The translations under genes were made by a program, and so were the position numbers. A DNA stretch of 64,000 bases from Escherichia coli (GTDB lineage Bacteria > Pseudomonadota > Gammaproteobacteria > Enterobacterales > Enterobacteriaceae): the NCBI RefSeq assembly GCF_044324875.1, contig NZ_CP172185.1; one strand, given 5' to 3'. The notes below the pieces were generated by a model, which was not told where the DNA came from, searched no databases, and was given only the letters and a program-made list of their open reading frames with translations. Positions within the stretch are counted from its first letter, which is position 1. Each line of letters starts with the position of its first letter. Below, piece by piece: positions 55,397 through 64,000 of this stretch.

Positions 55397-55755
55397 TGAA
55401 ACGAATTGCGTTTGTTTTTTCTACTGCGCCTCATGGTACAGCTGCAGGCCGGGAAGGTTTAGATGCTTTACTGGCAACTTCCGCATTAACTGACGATCTG
55501 GCTGTCTTCTTTATAGCTGATGGCGTTTTTCAGCTGCTGCCAGGACAAAAGCCCGATGCAGTGCTGGCGCGTGATTACATTGCCACTTTTAAATTGTTGG
55601 GTCTGTACGACATTGAACAGTGCTGGGTTTGTGCGGCTTCACTGCGCGAACGCGGGTTAGATCCGCAGACACCCTTTGTTGTCGAAGCCACGCCGCTCGA
55701 AGCAGATGCCTTACGCCGCGAACTCGCCAACTACGATGTTATTTTGAGGTTTTGA
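55396..55755 (+). CDS. tusC: Sulfurtransferase complex subunit TusC (DsrF-like)
   Basis: 119-aa ORF whose ATG overlaps the tusD stop codon (TGATG). Confidence 0.95.
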
Positions 55756-55762
55756 GGCGTTT

Positions 55763-56050
55763 ATGCTGCATACATTACATCGTTCACCCTGGCTGACGGA
55801 TTTTGCTGCGCTGCTGCGTCTGCTCAGTGAAGGCGACGAACTGCTGTTATTGCAAGATGGCGTAACTGCCGCAGTTGACGGTAACCGCTACCTTGAAAGT
55901 CTGCGTAATGCCCCCATTAAGGTCTATGCCCTGAACGAAGACCTTATTGCCCGCGGTTTGACTGGTCAAATTTCGAACGATATCATTCTCATTGACTATA
56001 CTGATTTCGTCAGACTTACGGTTAAGCACTCCAGCCAGATGGCCTGGTGA
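55763..56050 (+). CDS. tusB: Sulfurtransferase complex subunit TusB (DsrH-like)
   Basis: 95-aa ORF, the last gene of the tusDCB set, directly upstream of the str operon. Confidence 0.95.
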   Translation: MLHTLHRSPWLTDFAALLRLLSEGDELLLLQDGVTAAVDGNRYLESLRNAPIKVYALNEDLIARGLTGQISNDIILIDYTDFVRLTVKHSSQMAW

Positions 56051-56072
56051 TGGCGGGATCGTTGTATATTTC

Positions 56073-57117
<1,045 letters not shown>

Positions 57118-57201
57118 TCCCTTCGGAGTTTTAGTCACCAGGCGGGCGCTTCCAGTAAGCAGCCCGCTTTGGGCTACTTAAATTGAACGCCTAAAAGATA
57201 A

Positions 57202-59328
<2,127 letters not shown>

Positions 59329-59341
59329 GCCTAAGGGTTAA

Positions 59342-60583
<1,242 letters not shown>

Positions 60584-60607
60584 TTACACGTTAATTAGTT
60601 TCGAATT

Positions 60608-60634
60608 AAAAAGGGCGCTTCGGCGCCCTTTTTG
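60608..60634 (+). terminator. str operon (tufA) rho-independent terminator
   Basis: aaaAAGGGCGCttcgGCGCCCTTttt, 25 nt after the tufA stop codon. Confidence 0.9.
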
Positions 60635-60710
60635 CTGCCCGTAATTTGAGCTCGAAATATTTAGTCGCAATTTCACTCGCTGAACTATGGCGCAAATAAA
60701 ACTGTGCTAT

Positions 60711-60729
60711 TGTAATCATAACCATTCTC
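60711..60729. promoter_or_regulatory. Candidate Fur box upstream of bfd
   Basis: TGTAATCATAACCATTCTC matches GATAATGATAATCATTATC at 14 of 19 positions. It lies 37 nt upstream of the bfd ATG. bfd is reported to be iron/Fur regulated. Confidence 0.45.
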
Positions 60730-60765
60730 ATTTACACTTTGCGCAGAATTTGAACGGGAGCAATC

Positions 60766-60960
60766 ATGTACGTTTGTTTGTGTAATGGTGTAAGTGACAA
60801 AAAAATTCGCCAGGCAGTCCGTCAGTTTCATCCGCAATCTTTCCAACAATTGCGTAAGTTTATTCCTGTGGGAAATCAATGCGGTAAGTGCATTCGCGCC
60901 GCGCGCGAAGTGATGCAGGACGAGTTGATGCAGATGCCAGAATTTAAAGAGATTGCCTGA
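60766..60960 (+). CDS. bfd: Bacterioferritin-associated ferredoxin
   Basis: 64-aa ORF (MYVCLCNGVSDKKIRQAV...CGKC), with BFD-like [2Fe-2S] cysteines. Confidence 0.95.
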   Translation: MYVCLCNGVSDKKIRQAVRQFHPQSFQQLRKFIPVGNQCGKCIRAAREVMQDELMQMPEFKEIA

Positions 60961-61032
60961 AGCCCACGCTTATTTTTTGACATCCCGCTAGCCCCATCTA
61001 CGCTCTAATAGTGGAAGCGGAGGGACTATAAA

Positions 61033-61509
61033 ATGAAAGGTGATGTTAAAATCATAAATTATCTCAATAAACTATTGGGAAATGAGCTTGTCGCAATCAA
61101 TCAGTATTTTCTCCATGCCCGGATGTTTAAAAACTGGGGCCTGATGCGTCTTAATGACGTCGAATACCATGAATCTATCGATGAGATGAAACACGCTGAT
61201 AAATATATCGAGCGTATTTTGTTTTTAGAAGGAATCCCCAACTTACAGGATTTAGGCAAACTGGGGATTGGTGAAGATGTCGAGGAGATGCTGCAATCCG
61301 ACCTGCGATTAGAACTGGAAGGCGCGAAGGATCTCCGTGAGGCTATCGCGTATGCCGACAGCGTTCATGACTATGTTAGCCGTGATATGATGATCGAGAT
61401 CCTTGCCGATGAAGAAGGTCATATTGACTGGCTCGAAACTGAGTTGGATCTCATCGGTAAAATCGGTCTACAAAATTACCTGCAATCACAAATAAAAGTT
61501 AAAGATTAA
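61033..61509 (+). CDS. bfr: Bacterioferritin
   Basis: 158-aa ORF ([36 protein letters not shown]). Confidence 0.98.
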   Translation: MKGDVKIINYLNKLLGNELVAINQYFLHARMFKNWGLMRLNDVEYHESIDEMKHADKYIERILFLEGIPNLQDLGKLGIGEDVEEMLQSDLRLELEGAKDLREAIAYADSVHDYVSRDMMIEILADEEGHIDWLETELDLIGKIGLQNYLQSQIKVKD

Positions 61510-61973
61510 CGGCCTGCCAGCAAACTATCCCAGCCTACAACGAAACCCGCAGCCGCCAGAAATGGACCAAACGGCAGCGGGTTTTTTAATGACTCTTTTC
61601 CTCTCATAAGCAAACCAATAACTACGGCTCCGCAAGCGAATGAGGCAGCAAGGAAAACCAGTCGTGGCAAGAAGGTCCATGTATGCCAGGCACCAAGGGC
61701 GGCGAGAAACTTCACATCACCATAGCCTAATCCTTCTTTATGGCGCAGTATGCGATACCCCCAGTAAATGACAGCGAATGTGCCGTAACCAATAATCGCC
61801 CCCCATAACGCATCGGCTAAACCGTCAGGATTACAAACTTGATAGAACAAAAGACCTGACCAGAGTAACGGGCAGGTAAACCTGTCAGGTAACAAGCCAT
61901 GCTTTGCATCCCAGAAAAAAAGTAGGGTTGATAAACAAGCGTACAAAATCAGAAAGGGAAGGGCAGCGTCCAT
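61506..61973 (-). CDS. hopD: Short A24-family prepilin (leader) peptidase, orphan; occupies the position of K-12 gspO
   Basis: 155-aa ORF with both aspartyl-protease motifs ([11 protein letters not shown] and [16 protein letters not shown]) and about 4 TM segments. It lacks the N-terminal region of longer homologues. The symbol follows the annotation I recall for non-K-12 E. coli and is less certain than the family call. Confidence 0.7.
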   Translation of the reverse strand: MDAALPFLILYACLSTLLFFWDAKHGLLPDRFTCPLLWSGLLFYQVCNPDGLADALWGAIIGYGTFAVIYWGYRILRHKEGLGYGDVKFLAALGAWHTWTFLPRLVFLAASFACGAVVIGLLMRGKESLKNPLPFGPFLAAAGFVVGWDSLLAGR

Positions 61974-62146
61974 AAAATATCCTCTGTAATTGGAGTATCA
62001 CCATCGAATAACTCCGGATGCTCAGCAACAGAGAAATCGCTGATTTGTTAACCTGGTTCCGGTGAAAAACGCTATCTTCACAACCTTACAAATTTCGTGG
62101 AATGCAGCTCGCAATCTGCGCGTTGCGATTAATTTCTACCCGATGC

Positions 62147-62174
62147 TTGCGTCAGGCTCAGATTTGCGTATAAT
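62147..62174 (+). promoter_or_regulatory. S10 operon promoter
   Basis: TTGCGT-N16-TATAAT. The predicted start at about 62181 gives a leader of about 171 nt, in line with the known leader of about 172 nt. Confidence 0.7.
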
Positions 62175-62180
62175 GCGCGG

Positions 62181-62663
<483 letters not shown>

Positions 62664-62683
62664 TCAGGTCATTGAGCGATTGA

Positions 62684-64000
<1,317 letters not shown>

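Overview
This window is Escherichia coli (or very closely related) core chromosome. It is colinear with the K-12 interval igaA-nudE-mrcA-hofMNOPQ-aroKB-damX-dam-rpe-gph-trpS-yhfZYXW-php-yhfUTS-frlRDCBA-yhfL-cysG-nirCDB-tsgA-ppiA-yhfG-fic-pabA-argD-yhfK-crp-yhfA-prkB-yheUTS-kefGB-yheV-slyD-slyX-fkpA-yheO-tusDCB-rpsL-rpsG-fusA-tufA-bfd-bfr-(short prepilin peptidase)-rpsJ-rplCDW, shown in reverse orientation relative to K-12 numbering. I could place about 70 protein genes by reading the translations. ORF-track coordinates include the stop codon. Several track ORFs carry spurious N-terminal extensions, and I trimmed those to the start that has an SD sequence or matches the known protein. Two genes run off the window edges (igaA at the start, rplW at the end), and two sub-60-aa genes (yhfL, yhfG) are missing from the track. 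I found no rRNA, tRNA, CRISPR array, prophage or recognisable defence island. Three departures from the K-12 layout stand out. (1) A 2,639-bp IS21-family insertion sequence (istA/istB) with a 6-bp target duplication splits yhfY inside the uncharacterised yhfZ-yhfS cluster. Its ends carry 22-24-bp phased repeats, most of which contain a GATC. (2) chiA and the gspA-M type II secretion genes are absent, leaving an orphan 155-aa A24 prepilin-peptidase gene between bfr and rpsJ. (3) rpsG is the 156-aa form rather than the K-12 179-aa form, so the strain is not K-12. I did not find convincing evidence for a wholly new multi-gene system. The best candidates for follow-up are the orphan yhf catabolic-looking cluster now disrupted by the IS, the GATC-phased IS ends, and a few unexplained intergenic palindromes and hairpins. 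All family and pathway assignments come from my reading of motifs and my recollection of E. coli proteins. No database search was run.
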